Assembly (NCBI GenBank): GCA_001244265.2
Contig: CDLV01000004.1
Coordinates: forward strand, 3,286,001-3,350,000
Direction of reading: 5' to 3'
DNA: 64,000 nucleotides
DNA from: Microbotryum violaceum
Lineage: Eukaryota
Shown here: one piece after another, positions 1 to 11,856 of the stretch
How positions within the stretch are numbered: position 1 is the stretch's first letter
How the letters are laid out: each line of letters opens with the position of its first letter
Notes under the pieces: generated by a model
Databases searched by the model: none
What the model saw: only the letters and a program-made list of their open reading frames with translations
Told to the model about the DNA's origin: nothing
Position numbers and translations under genes: made by a program

Positions 1-91
1 AAGAAGGGCAGAGGGAGAGGTGCACCTCTGGCTATATAGAGCACGTACACATAACCAGACAAAACGGCTCTAATCGCTCGTCACTCTGGGC

Positions 92-2146
92 AGGACCCCC
101 GAAAGGCCAGCCAGAGGCGCATGCGGAAAAACGCACTTTTTTGGCCTTTTTGTCAAAGTTTTTTACCCTATTTTGGCCCCAAATGTCAAAATTTCGCATG
201 CGCTTCGGAAATATTATCAAAATGTGTTCTACATGCTCCAAACATCGCTCAAAAGTCCTCGAAAACGCCTTCCGAGCGTTTGCGAACTTGCGGCGGCCTA
301 TCGAAAGTGGCTTGCGGCGCGCGTCGCTTCGGCTGGTGTTGCGCGTGGCTCCACGCTTCAAACAAGCCTTCCTTGCTTGGCTGGCTGGCTCGCTGCTTCG
401 TTGTCAGACTTCCTTTTTGCTGAAGTTGAGCTCCTTGTTTCCGCGGTGGCATTTGTGCGACTTGTAGAGGTTCTGCCGGCGGCATCTCGCAGGCCGGGCA
501 CGCTCCGAAGGGCGGCAAACCTTTGCTCGGCATGTGCGCTCGTGCTGATTAGGCGCTCGTCCGGGTAACATGAGGTAAGGTCCGTGGTTGAACGATATGT
601 AGTCGTTGACGGGCCTAATGACTCGATGACCTGTCGACCATCAATCATGCGGAACGGCATAGTGCCATCAATGAGGTGTGTGGAATAGCATGTTTTCTTG
701 ATGAGGCGAAGCTCCTGTACGACGACATTTGAGAGTAGAACCAACGAGGCAAGCGTGTCTTGGTTGCAGTGGTTTGTTGTCACTTTGCTGTAGATGTGTC
801 GCACTGTAGGACACAATACTTGTGTCAAACGAGAACTTCCTCAACTGCCACTCAAAACAACGCGCGTACGAATTCCGATAGACAGCGCTTCTTCTCCATA
901 AACAGTTTGATCGCAGCTGAGTGAATGCATGCCACACTTGAGGCCAAAGCAGATCAGAGATCCAATATCAAATGGTGTGGCAGCGGTTACAGCTCCGTCA
1001 AGCGATCCAAAATGAGGATAGCGTTGTGCTAGCGCTCCGTACTGCTTGTCTCTCTCAGGGAGCTTTTCCTAAAAGTATAGGACCGGCAAAACATTAGATC
1101 CAGCTGCCTTCGTTCCTAAATTCAGCAACAACTCACTTGAATGTGGCCGTCCTCAATATAGGCGTTCTTCTGAATCTCGCTCAAGCTCCTCGTCGTGTCC
1201 GCCATGTCTTCGCAGCGAGATGGTGCCATGGACTGTACCAACCCTTTCAAGACGCATGAATGTGTTGTACTGCGTCCTTCCTCTGTATTGCTAACCCCTA
1301 CGCCTCCCTCTCCGCGAGTTGGGTCGCTCGATTCCATCGGCCTCCCTTGAGTAGAACAGCTTGAGGTGGCTACACTTATGAGCAGCTTGATGGGCAATCA
1401 GGTTGGCCAGTTCAGCGAGAAATTGGTATCGCGAGCATCGACAACTTGAGGCGGAAGTTTCAAGTGTGTGGGCTGTGTAGAACCAAACACGCGTGAGCTT
1501 AGACCAAAATTTCGATAGTTGAGCTTGGTAGACGCACGATTGGTCGTGAGAAGCTGTTTACCTTCTCAACGGCATCGAGTAGATGATAAGGTCGAGTAGT
1601 GGGTCAGCTCGTCTTTGGACAACTCGATGTGAAGAGACGCGTCGGCGGGAGCGACATCGAAGGCGAGGAGCTCGGCGATCGTCATGTTCGTGTTGGTGAG
1701 CGGTAATAATCAATCGAAGGCATCGTTCAAGGCCTGCATGGGATGATGTTGTCGTGCTATGCTCCAATCTCGGACCGAAGTGAAGCGGAACGGAACCTGC
1801 GCCCCTTCAATATCGAATCGGCTTAATCCCTCACAGCCACTTAACTCAAGTGATTACGGAAGATGGCTAGTACTAAGTGACTTGTTCAAGCGCGAGCATC
1901 GCGAAACGCGTCTCGAAGCGAAGGCAAACGGGCCCAAAGTCATGCCGTAGGCTGCTCAGGGTAGGCCAAAATTGGGCCGACTCACGGGAAAATGTCAAAA
2001 TCTAGACATGCGCCTCGGGGGCGAATCGTGTGTTTCGTCCCAAAGTGTCAATTTTTTGCAATGCGCCTCGACGATTTTCAGGATTTTGGGTCCTCAAAAT
2101 GTCAAAAAAAAAAAAATGCGCCTCCGGCTGGGTTTTCGGGGGTCCT
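92..2146 (-). mobile_element. Non-autonomous deletion derivative of the P-like (AGGACCCCC-TIR) transposon, family 1
   Basis: Inverted termini AGGACCCCCGAAAGGCCAGCCAGAGGCGC (92) and GCGCCTCCGGCTGGGTTTTCGGGGGTCCT (ends 2146). Perfect 8-bp TSD CTCTGGGC at 84-91 and 2147-2154. The reverse complement of ~1590-2146 matches 44449-~45050, then diverges (internal deletion). Confidence 0.9.
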
Positions 2147-2190
2147 CTCTGGGCTCACATAAGGTCGCCTTTGGGGGCGCTGGCGGTGTC

Positions 2191-2700
2191 CACTGCAGGG
2201 AGCGCTAACTTCGCCAACTTCAGGCGCGCGCGCGCGCTTGAGGCCTTGAGGCCCGCTTGCGGCCCGATTAGGCATGAAGTTCGCGAAGTTAGCAGAGGCG
2301 CGGGGGAAGTTAGCAGAAAGGTGGGGCATTGGCCCACGGGAAGTTAGCAGAAGTCAGGGGCGGTACCGGTGCTGGGGGGTGCGCTTGCGCTAACTCGCGC
2401 GCGCCAAACTGAGCTGGCGCAATTGAGTTAGCGCGCTTGAGTTGGCGCAGTCGAGCGCCCGAGTTAGCGCACTTGAGTTAGCGCACCGCGCGCGCGTGAG
2501 TTGGCGCACTGTTGGTCTTTTCTGCTTTTGCTGCAAGACAAGAATTTGGCGCCGAGGACTCAAGCGCGCGCGACCTCTACCCTCCTTGCAGTAAGCCGTG
2601 CCCGCCCGCCTGCCCCTCTTGCAATAAAGCCGTGCCCCGCACGCCTGCCCTTCCTGCAGTAAGCCGTGCCCCGCACGCCTGCCTCGAGCCTTGGTCTGTA
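2191..2700. repeat. Probable transposon terminal/subterminal repeat region
   Basis: Begins CACTG. Clustered GAAGTTAGC and GAGTT(A/G)GCGC motifs resemble the repeats at 24713-24797, followed by ~33-bp tandem units (GCAGTAAGCCGTGCCCCGCACGCCTGCCC). No partner end found. Confidence 0.4.
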
Positions 2701-3123
2701 AGCCGCACTTGCGCAAGAGTTTACCAAGCCAGCTCCTGCCGCACCTTTCAGTTCCCACTGCTTGCCGTTGCCGTACCAGTATCGCTGTGTACCTCTGCCA
2801 CCTCCTGCCAAGGTCAGTGGCCTTCCTTGAACTCTTCCTGCCGCCAATTGGCTGACAGGTTCCGAGCTCCTCACAGGACCCCCCCCCCCAGCGATACCGT
2901 ACAGCTTCCGCCTTCCAGTCTTCTGCCTTACCAGTTGACGACGAACAGCTGCCACTGTGTACGCCTCTCTTTTTCACGACGTGCCAGCGTCCGAGGTCTG
3001 TTTTCCCTTTGCCTGCACCTGCCAGTGCTGCGCCTCTCTCCTGTTTGCCTGCGTCTCGCTCAAAGAGCCGAGGTACATCACCCCCCTCCCTCTTCTCCTT
3101 TCCCCCTTTTTTCTCTTTCCCTC

Positions 3124-3275
3124 TTTGTTTTTTTTTTTTTACTTTTTTTTTTTTTTTTTTACTTTTTTTTTTTTTTTTTTTTTTTACTTTTTTTTTTTTT
3201 CTTTTTTTCTTTTTTTTTACTTTTTTTTCTTTTTTCTTTCTCCTTCCCCTTTTTTTTCCTTTTCCTTTCCTTTTC
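3124..3275. repeat. Long poly(T)/pyrimidine tract
   Basis: About 150 nt of T runs punctuated by AC or C. Confidence 0.9.
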
Positions 3276-5117
3276 TATGCCCAACGTCCGCACTTCTTCG
3301 GCCTTCGAGCCAACACAACGTATTTTGCCACGTCACCGCAAGACTCGCCATCAATTGTTGATCCCATCCGATGCCGTTCAGCAAAGCCGATCGAAACGAT
3401 TTGGCGTGAACAGCACGCCTGGGCGAGACACTGAACTAGCACACTTTACACTTTACGCCGACAAAGACGCGGAGTTGGGCTGTAATCCAATGCTCATCAA
3501 CCTACATGAGCCATCGATCGAGCAAGACCGCCATTAATCCAGCATTACGAGCGCACCGACGTCAGGCTCCCGAGGTCCGCCGTCCACCGCCTTCCATCGT
3601 CGTCAACTGCCTACAACGTCCCAAAGCAGTCTTGAAGACGATCAGACCAATAAATAAGCAAGTAGCAAAACTTGGAATACCCGTTGATCAATACCTTCAG
3701 ATAAGCCAAGTTCAGGAGTCGCCGATAAGGATCAGGTCGGAGCCAACGTTGGTCGACCACGATCGTTGGACTACGCAAGAAGTGCAGGTCAATGGTAACA
3801 GCTCGAATACTAAGGATCGTCTCGGTGATATCCGTTGCTAAGCTTACATCCATCGTCACAACATCTGCCATGAAGTAGAGCCGTTCGAGAAGAGGTACCG
3901 TGAGTCGTCGCCCGACCATTAGCCCGTTACCCCTGCCGCTCCATCTCGTGTACTGAAGTCGGCGTTTCTGTGTTCCCCGTTCCCAGAGGAGTGACTAAAA
4001 AGAAACTCGTTCACGTTCCGATACCCAGTCCGACTCGTTCAACGCATCTATGGTCACTTTGAGCTACCCTTCGCTTCGACTTTCGTTCTACCGAGCCCAC
4101 CCGGTCCGTATGGTCAAAGATCCGAACGGACGCCGTCTCTCAAGTGAGCAAAGCAACGGACAAAGTCAGTTACTACCAAGAAGAATCGAACCCACTTTAC
4201 AAGCATCAGACGGCAAGAGTGTCGGGTTTTGTGCTCCCTCGGCGATTGATGATTTGGAACTGCGGCGGGACGAAATCGTGACCCGATGCAACCACTAAGA
4301 TCGGAACACAAGGAGGATGCGGATTGGCTCCATGACCTGCCATCCAGCGTGCCATCACTTCGCGCTACCAACAGCCTTTGTATGAAGCTCGCAAGAAGAA
4401 GGACTAGCGTGAGTTCATGCTCGGCGGACCATATGACATGATCTTCTGACCTCGGCTTGGTCCTTATCGGCATCGGTATCGATCGGCATCCTTCCCTGCG
4501 CTACATGGGCATCCTCGGTATCTTGATATTTCATCGACCTTCGATTTACAAATTATTCCACCATTCAGGATGTGCTCCAACGGATACCAGCGCAACAAAA
4601 CGGTCCTCAAGAACGGTGATTCGAGACTCGTTGGTAGCTCGGATTGGCCTCGCCGAACCCGCGATCTCATCGACCGGTGCCTTACTCTAAGCGTTGGAAC
4701 TCCAACACGGTGAGATGTTTGCACAGTTTTTGTGGAAGCCATTTCTGTTAAAGCAAAGGATATATCTTGTAATACACGTGTTCAAAGCTTGTTTGTTTCA
4801 TTGCTCTTTACACTGCTGTCCGAGCTTTGAAATGGCTTTGAAGTGAGGCGGCTGCGAGCGGGACTAAAAGCATGTTTCTCAAGCTTAGGCATACCATCTT
4901 TGGGTGTACCTGGTGTTGGTGTAAAGATACCGAATTCGGGCAAGTTGAAAAGAGTGTAATATGCCCATGTACATTATGTGTTCGACTTTCCTTCTTCCCC
5001 CTTCTTCCCTTCGTTTCTTTATTTCCTTCCTTTTTCTTGCTCTTTTCTTTTCTTTTTTCCTTCCCTTCCTTCTCTTTTTCCGCTTCGCCGGCAAGTCCCT
5101 GGACATAGGTGGCGGCC

Positions 5118-8108
5118 CGGCTTTTGGGTCCACGTCGGAGGCAACTCTGGTCCCACATCGGAGGCGACTTTGGGATCACATCGGTGTATGAGGCGCCTTT
5201 GCTAACACGAGCGCCGCAGAAAAAAGAAAAAAGAAACCTGCGCGTCGCGCGAGAAAAAAAGAAAAAGAAAATAAAAAAATGCCTCGACTAGGACGTTGCC
5301 CCTCGGGAGCAGTCGGGAGGAGCAGTCGGGAGCAGTCGGGAGCAGTGAAGCTCTGAGTCGCCGAGTGGCTGAGAGGTGACGAGTCTTCGTCTGCTTCGGT
5401 CCCCTTGAGTGCCCAACGCCCCGAGATGGCTACGTTGCTGCCTGTTCTCACCCACCTTCAAGACAGCGATCAGCATGCCCTAGGAACGAAAATCGGCGAC
5501 GAACTGCTGGACGGCTGGACGAAGAAGCCAAGACAGCCCTATTCGAAGAGATTCGAGTTCATTTCCAATCTAATGCTCTTGAGGTTGAGGAGGCGCGGCG
5601 GAAGTATTTGGTGGCTGTTCGATGGTCGGAAGAGAACCTTGCAATGTGACAGCTTTTCAAATTATACCCTATCGCTCGCTAGCTGGAATTGATGGTCCAA
5701 GCTGGGCCTCGTCCGAGTGACAAAGTGACAGCCGCGCAGTGTCGCCGATGCGCCGATCGTCTCTGTCTCGCATAAGAGTCGAAATTTGGTACATGTTACG
5801 GATTAATGTCTATAGTTTCAATCCGAACTCGCTAGTCTACAACGCATGGTTAGTCTCGTGGCCGCGGGGGACGAAAGGTTCGTTCCGAGCTTCGAGGGGA
5901 AAAAATCTCCGAAGGCGCGTTCGACAAGGCGGGGTAGCAAGGCGAGTGAGATCTTCTGGAGTTTCGGTCGAAAAGCTAGCGGTAGCAGGTTCCCTTGAGT
6001 CGGCAAGTGATTGCATCTGTTGCTCAATCACCTGCCTTGGCTGTCGCTTCGGACCAAAGTTCGGTGGCAGAGGTAACGGATCCGAATCTCCTGAATTCTT
6101 TGCTTCCCCGCAAGGATGTCCTGAACTTGACGCCTCTCCGCACTTGATTCTGAAAGTCCCGACGATGGTGAATCATCCTCGCTCGCTTTGTCGTCGTCGT
6201 CGTCCCGGCAGCTCAACACTTGCGCGCTTCCCCCAGTCTTCCTCTTCTTCTGCTTGCTTCCCACTTACGAATCTTTGCACACCCTTGCCCTTCCTGCTCT
6301 CCTCCTTGCTAATGGGCGTCACTTGCATCGCTTCGGCGGGGGAGGGGGAAGGGGCGTGCGAAGGGGATCGCTTGAGCCCCAGCTGAGCGCCACTCAGCCG
6401 GCCACGCGCCGAGCGTGCCGCTGGTGTAAAGAGCCTACCCCCATTGCGATCATCCGCATGTACCGGAGATGATCGCGACATTCTTGCGTCGCTCGAGGTT
6501 GATCGGCTAAAAGCCGGGTCGGGCAATGGCGCAGCGGGAGCTGGATGACGGGTGGTCGAGGCGCGACTCGACGACTGCAAAAGAGTTGAGCTCGATCCCG
6601 AGGGATAGACGAGGGACGACTTGAAGATGTGGAAAGAGTCGAGCCGGATTTGAAGGGATTTGGCCAGTCGTTAACGTAAGCCCGAGGACATTGTCCCGGA
6701 TCTAGTCTACGAAAACGAGAGCCGAGAGATCAGCAATGGGACACGGAACAAGGGACGGCAAACGGCAAACGTGAATCGATGAGACTGACCTGTTTCCTCT
6801 AGACCCAGGTTGTGAGAGTTGATCAGCTCCAGATATGCTGCTAAACCTCGTTTCTCAGCCGCGACCCTAGCTTCGGTCTTGCCGAAAGCCATCGCGCGTT
6901 GTTCAATTGAGCGTAGTTCGGCTCGGCGAGCTTCGATTTTGGCAGCCATGGCAGCGAATTGTTTTTCATTTTCTGGAGCGTTACCACCATGTTCATCATT
7001 TCGAGCTGTTGAGCTGGAGTGAGTGAAGCTTGAAGTTGAGGTTGAGGCTGAGCGGACGGTTGAGCAACGAGAAAAGGAGGGCGCGAGTGGGCCTAGGAAG
7101 AGTCAGGCACGAGCCCCGACACGCGGTCGATAGGTTGTTGTACCGAAAAAGGTGCATCGCCAGCGGTTGCAGCGCCGAAAGAAGAAGCCGTATTAGAGTT
7201 CAAGGCCAGGCTGAACAAATCGTCGGTCGAACCAGATGGTGAGTTGTTCATTTTTATCACGAGAGGCGAGGGGAAGAGAGTGGCAGGAGGAAAAGAGGCA
7301 AATCTAGGCCGAACTCGAGGCGGTTGCCTGGGCGCTGGGTGCGGGAGGGTGCGGGCCTCAGGGTCAAGCAGCGCTGCAGCAGTAACAGCAGCAGGCTCAG
7401 CTCAGGTGGGTACAGAAGAGCTGATGGCTACAAATGAGATTCAAGAGAGCTTTCTCTGTCCCCTGGATTGGAGGGAAGTCATGCCATGCCATGGGTCATG
7501 ACGGACGACCTTGCGGCATGACTGTGCTGTCATCTTTTTTTTTTTTTTTTTTCGCGCGAAACTCATGTTCGCTCCGGCGCCTCATATCGGTCCGGACTTT
7601 GGGATCACATCCGAGGACATTCTTGTACCACGTTCATAGGGGACTTTGGTACCACATATAGTGTAGACGCCTGTATTCCTTGCAATGTGTGATGTATCAC
7701 TCTGAGAACAGTAGTTTGGTGCATGTACAGGTCTATAGTACTTCTGGCCGGTGAGACAAGGCGGACAATGCAGTAGTTGCTACATCGGGGCTCTACTCTT
7801 CCCCGGCCTGCTTGGCCGCTCCGGCGCCCGGCGGTGGTGTCGGTGGTGTCAGCAATTCCTCAATCCGGACGACTGTCGGACTGCCAACGTCACCTGGCAG
7901 TGACGAGGCAGCAGGCGTTGCATGCAACAAACATCGTAGGGTGGAGTAAACCCTTTTTTCCCTATGCCTTGTCACTGTAACGTCCTTATCACTAACCATT
8001 TCAGTTACGCCATCACATAAACCACACGGGTGAGCTCTAGCTTCATAAGGCCTGCAACCGTTAGAACCCTTATTAGAAACCGGCAAACTTACGAATGTCG
8101 GTGAAACG

Positions 8109-8142
<34 letters not shown>

Positions 8143-9453
8143 CATTGAAGCTTTGTACGCTCCTCGTCTTTACACCCCACTCGCCCACTCGTACACATAC
8201 AATCCTCAGACAAAGCACTCCTTTCCTTCCTTGTTGAGCGGATACTTCGTCCATTTCGAGCACAACAACGCCTGGATGGGATACCTTCTAGATGACGCCA
8301 AGTACGCTCATGTCAACAACTTAAGCGATGAACCAACTGCAAATCAAATAAAAAGGGGACCGCTCACTGCACTGCGACAACAAAGCTCGCCAGAGCCATA
8401 CCTATTGGATGATGAATCGAATTCATATGAGGATGAGGATGATTCGAAACTCTCGGCAGCTTTGGTCGCGGTCCTCCCCAAGTCCTCGATGTCTCGCACC
8501 TCCTCAGCCTCGGGGCTTTCGAACTCTCGCAAGAACTGTTCCAGCGACTCCGAAGAGGATTCGACAAGCGATTCATACTACGGAGTCAAAGAAGACAGAT
8601 CAGAGGAGGTATTACCTGACAACGTCGTCTCCGCACCGCTCCTGGCTCGGAAAGACAAGAAGATTTGGACCGGCATACCTGCGAGCTCTCTCAGCGGAAC
8701 GCAGACCGACGAACTGTCGAACACGAAGCGCGGAGGCATTTTTCTCAAACGTCATCTTCACCACTGCAGAGCACAACGAGCTCCGTCTCAGGCCGCTCGT
8801 TCCTCGCAAGCAGAAATCTGAATGGAAATTTGTAAGCAACCTCTGGAGTCAACCCGCGAAGGTCGACCTGTCGTGGAGGTTCTGCGGATGGCCGTCGTTG
8901 CTCGGGGGCCTGCAAAAGAGATCGGGGACGTTTGAACATCGTTCAACTGCAATGATCATACAAGCAAAAGTCCGCCGATGTCGAAGCGTGACTTATTGGA
9001 ATCCGTATCTTCGCTCGATCTCTATGAACTGTTCTTCATGGATGAGAGAAGCGCGGGACCGGTGCCAATTCTGGTCTAATCCGAGTCGGCGCAATCACGT
9101 TCGGGAGTGTCGGCCTTGGCGGTTCGTGCGCCGGACCGCTGACACCACGGGCGCGAAGAGGCCAAGTGGGGCAGAACATCGATGTAGCAACTACTGCTTT
9201 GTCCGCTTCGTCTCACAGGCCAGAAGTACTATAGACCTGTACATGCACCAAACTACTGTTCTCAGAGTGATACATCACACATTGCAAGAGATACAGGCGT
9301 CTACACTGTGTGGTACCAAACTTCAACCAAAGTCCCCATGAACGTGGTACAAGAATGACCTCGGATGTGATCCCAAAGTCCGCTCCGATGTGATCCCAAA
9401 GTCGCCTCCGATGTGGGACCAGTGTTGCCGCCATCCTCGGGACCAAAGTGCCC
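5118..9453. mobile_element. Long-TIR (foldback/MULE-like) non-autonomous element with its left TIR split by an insertion
   Basis: 5118-5185 plus 7592-7852 form the reverse complement of 9137-9453 (~320 bp), with internal GACTTTGGGATCACATCGG repeats. No TSD identified. Confidence 0.75.
5187..7586. mobile_element. 2.4 kb short-TIR element inserted in the TIR of the long-TIR element
   Basis: Perfect 11-bp TIR TATGAGGCGCC/GGCGCCTCATA, imperfect to ~25 bp, with A-tracts inside both ends. TCGGT is duplicated at 5181-5185 and 7587-7591, and removing the insert restores the host TIR. It contains only unrecognised minus-strand ORF fragments. Confidence 0.75.
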
Positions 9454-9503
9454 TGCTATTCGCGCGATTAACCTAATTCCGATATATAAAAGCACGCTAA
9501 AAA

Positions 9504-10233
9504 GTGGCGCGCGCAGCAATGGGTGGGCCGCCCCTCGGGCGAGAGAAATGCCTGTTCGCTTCTGCACCTTATTCTTTCGCTCAAACGGCAGTGCGTATTG
9601 CCTCTACACTCGCGAAACTTTTCGACCCTATTCTTACCGGCAATGACGACTGCTTCGACCTCAACCTACGACCACACCGCGCTCTCGTCTACAGAGTTGC
9701 CGGCGCAACTATTGGTGGCGCTGCGGGTGTGCACGTGGCCCCGCTCTTGCCCCCGATGCACCTTTCCGGCGCCCTAGACATGACAGCGGGCACCACTCAC
9801 GATGGCGCCTTGTTCGGCATCTCTGCCGAAACGATCAAGTGGGCGAAGGATCGCAAGGATCCTCCGATGTCGTGTCTGTCACGACAGCAACAAGCCAAGT
9901 GAGTCTGCATTATGGTGTAGGTTTCAAGGCGCGGATGGAGGCGGGTCTGGTCTTCGACGGCTGCCTGCCGCGCACGCAAAGGCAGGACGCGCGCTATTCT
10001 TACGTGCTCCTCATAAAGGAAGCGGTCGACCCGATGAGGCCTCGATCATCGTCGGAGGCGCACAGTCGCCTTCGGAGATGTTTGACCGGCACTTCGAGTC
10101 CGTTGCGCTGCGGACCTGTGACTCGAATTGGTCCATCATGAGGAAATATGACTCAACGGTTCGTTCTTTGTGGTGGTCGGAGTTCAAGGTCTCGAAGATA
10201 AAGGTTTTCGGACCCTTCGACCAGTCAATCATG
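9504..10233 (+). pseudogene. 5' half of DIRS/Ngaro gag-like ORF (frameshifted), interrupted at 10233
   Basis: HFE..SNWSIMRKYDSTVRSLWW motif. The frame joins 24816 (FDQSI-MAQVLAA) after removing the 10234-24811 element and one AATCATG copy. Confidence 0.6.
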
Positions 10234-10598
10234 CACTCTAAGGAACAGTTAGTCGGGCGCGAGTCGAAAATGTTAAAAAATCCGACCTGCGAGTCGGAAG
10301 GGAGTCAGGCACAAGTCGACCCCCAGTCGACCGCGAGTCGTGCCCGAGTCTGTTCAACTGGGTGACGGCGAGTCGGATTCGAGTCGACAGAGTCGGATGC
10401 AAGTCAGCTGCGAGTCGAGGCAGTCGTGTTAGAGTAGGGTGCAGGTCGAATTTCTGACTTTCTGCGCTGGGCAATGTAATCTGAACCTTTGGACTGCCAA
10501 AGAAAAAAGAAAAAAAAGTTCATGGCCCTGGTCGGGCCCCTTCCTGGGCATTGGGCTCGTACCAGGCTTCCCTTCCACAGGGACCTTTGAGGGCACGG

Positions 10599-10918
10599 GT
10601 GTAAGGCGCCGCTCCGCTTACGCCTCACGACGACCTCGAGCCGACCTCTGCGGCCTCACGCTTGCCCTCGCGTGCGGCACCGCCGCATCTCTTGACCTTA
10701 GTCCTTTTAGTAGTCTTTCCAAGCACAAGATCCCTCTCGAGCCTCACTGATTCCGAATCCAAACAGAAAGGATCAAACGGTGTAATTCGCAGGCGAAGAA
10801 AGACTACTAAAAGGACTAAGGTCAAGAGACGCGGCGGTGCCGCGCGCGAGGGCAAGCGTGAGGCCGCAGAGGTCGGCTCGAGGTCGTCGTGAGGCGTAAG
10901 CGGAGCGGCGCCTTACAC
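10599..10918. mobile_element. MITE/foldback with ~120-bp TIRs
   Basis: 10599-10718 is a near-perfect reverse complement of 10799-10918. Termini are (G)TGTAAGG...CCTTACA(C). No TSD seen. Confidence 0.85.
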
Positions 10919-11856
10919 TTGGACCTCGCCAATCTGTCTGGGAGCAAGACACCAGCGTTACCTCGGATGGCGCCTTTACCCCACAGTAGCTGTGGCGCAA
11001 CGCTTTCTCAAACATGTAGCCGCCGTGTCCAGGGTCCAGATCCCCGGACGCGATCGGTAGCCTCCTGACCCTCCGCTTGTCAGCCGGCACAGACTCTCGA
11101 CTGGCAGAGTCCGTTCGTACAGCTTGCGCTGGCCGGTCCGGGGAGCAATACTCACCCGGCCGGCCGGCCTGTCTTGTCGACTATCGGTCCATTGTAGAAT
11201 TGCTCAAGTCGACCGTAGCAGTATGCATGCAAGCGATTACCGTTATCTGAAACATTGGCTTGCTTTCCTTCACCTGCCCGCCTACCCTCACACGTGATCT
11301 TCCGAACATCCGATCAAAGCTGTCCTTTTCCGATCAGCAAGTTGCGATATATTTCAGACGACTTGACGGGTCCTTGGCACGGCAATGACGTCACATGTAT
11401 TGCCACGCAGAAGAAGAAGGGGGGGTAGGAGTAGAAGAAAAAAAGTACACAAGCAATCAGGCTGCGGCAACGGAACCTATCTTCGGTGCGCCCTTCCTCC
11501 AGCATTCGCCGCCGCACCCAACTTTTCAGAACCCACAATCGCCTGTGATTAATGTGATTGGCCGTAATACTCCGTGTCAGAGGCTGGTACTCGCAAGCGT
11601 CCAAGTGTTTTGCTTACGGGCTGCGTCGCCACCGTCTTGGGAGAGGCATGCTTCCATAGCAAAAAACGGGGGTATTTCGGGTATGGCTTTGGGAGTGCGC
11701 GCTCTGCCGAGACGATCCCGGCGCCATCCCAGCACCATCCCGGCACGCGCTCGCCCTCTTGGTACCATCCCAGGATCGTCCTAGAATTGAGCGCCGAGCG
11801 CCGGGATGATGCTGGGATGGCGCCGGGATCGTCTCGGCAGAGCGCGCACTCCCAAA

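Noticed and set aside
2512-3537. 341-aa Phe-rich ORF and overlapping ORFs
   Set aside because: They are open only because of the poly(T) tract and GC-rich repeats.
3280-5100. Possible gene remnant
   Set aside because: Only short ORFs and no recognisable motif.
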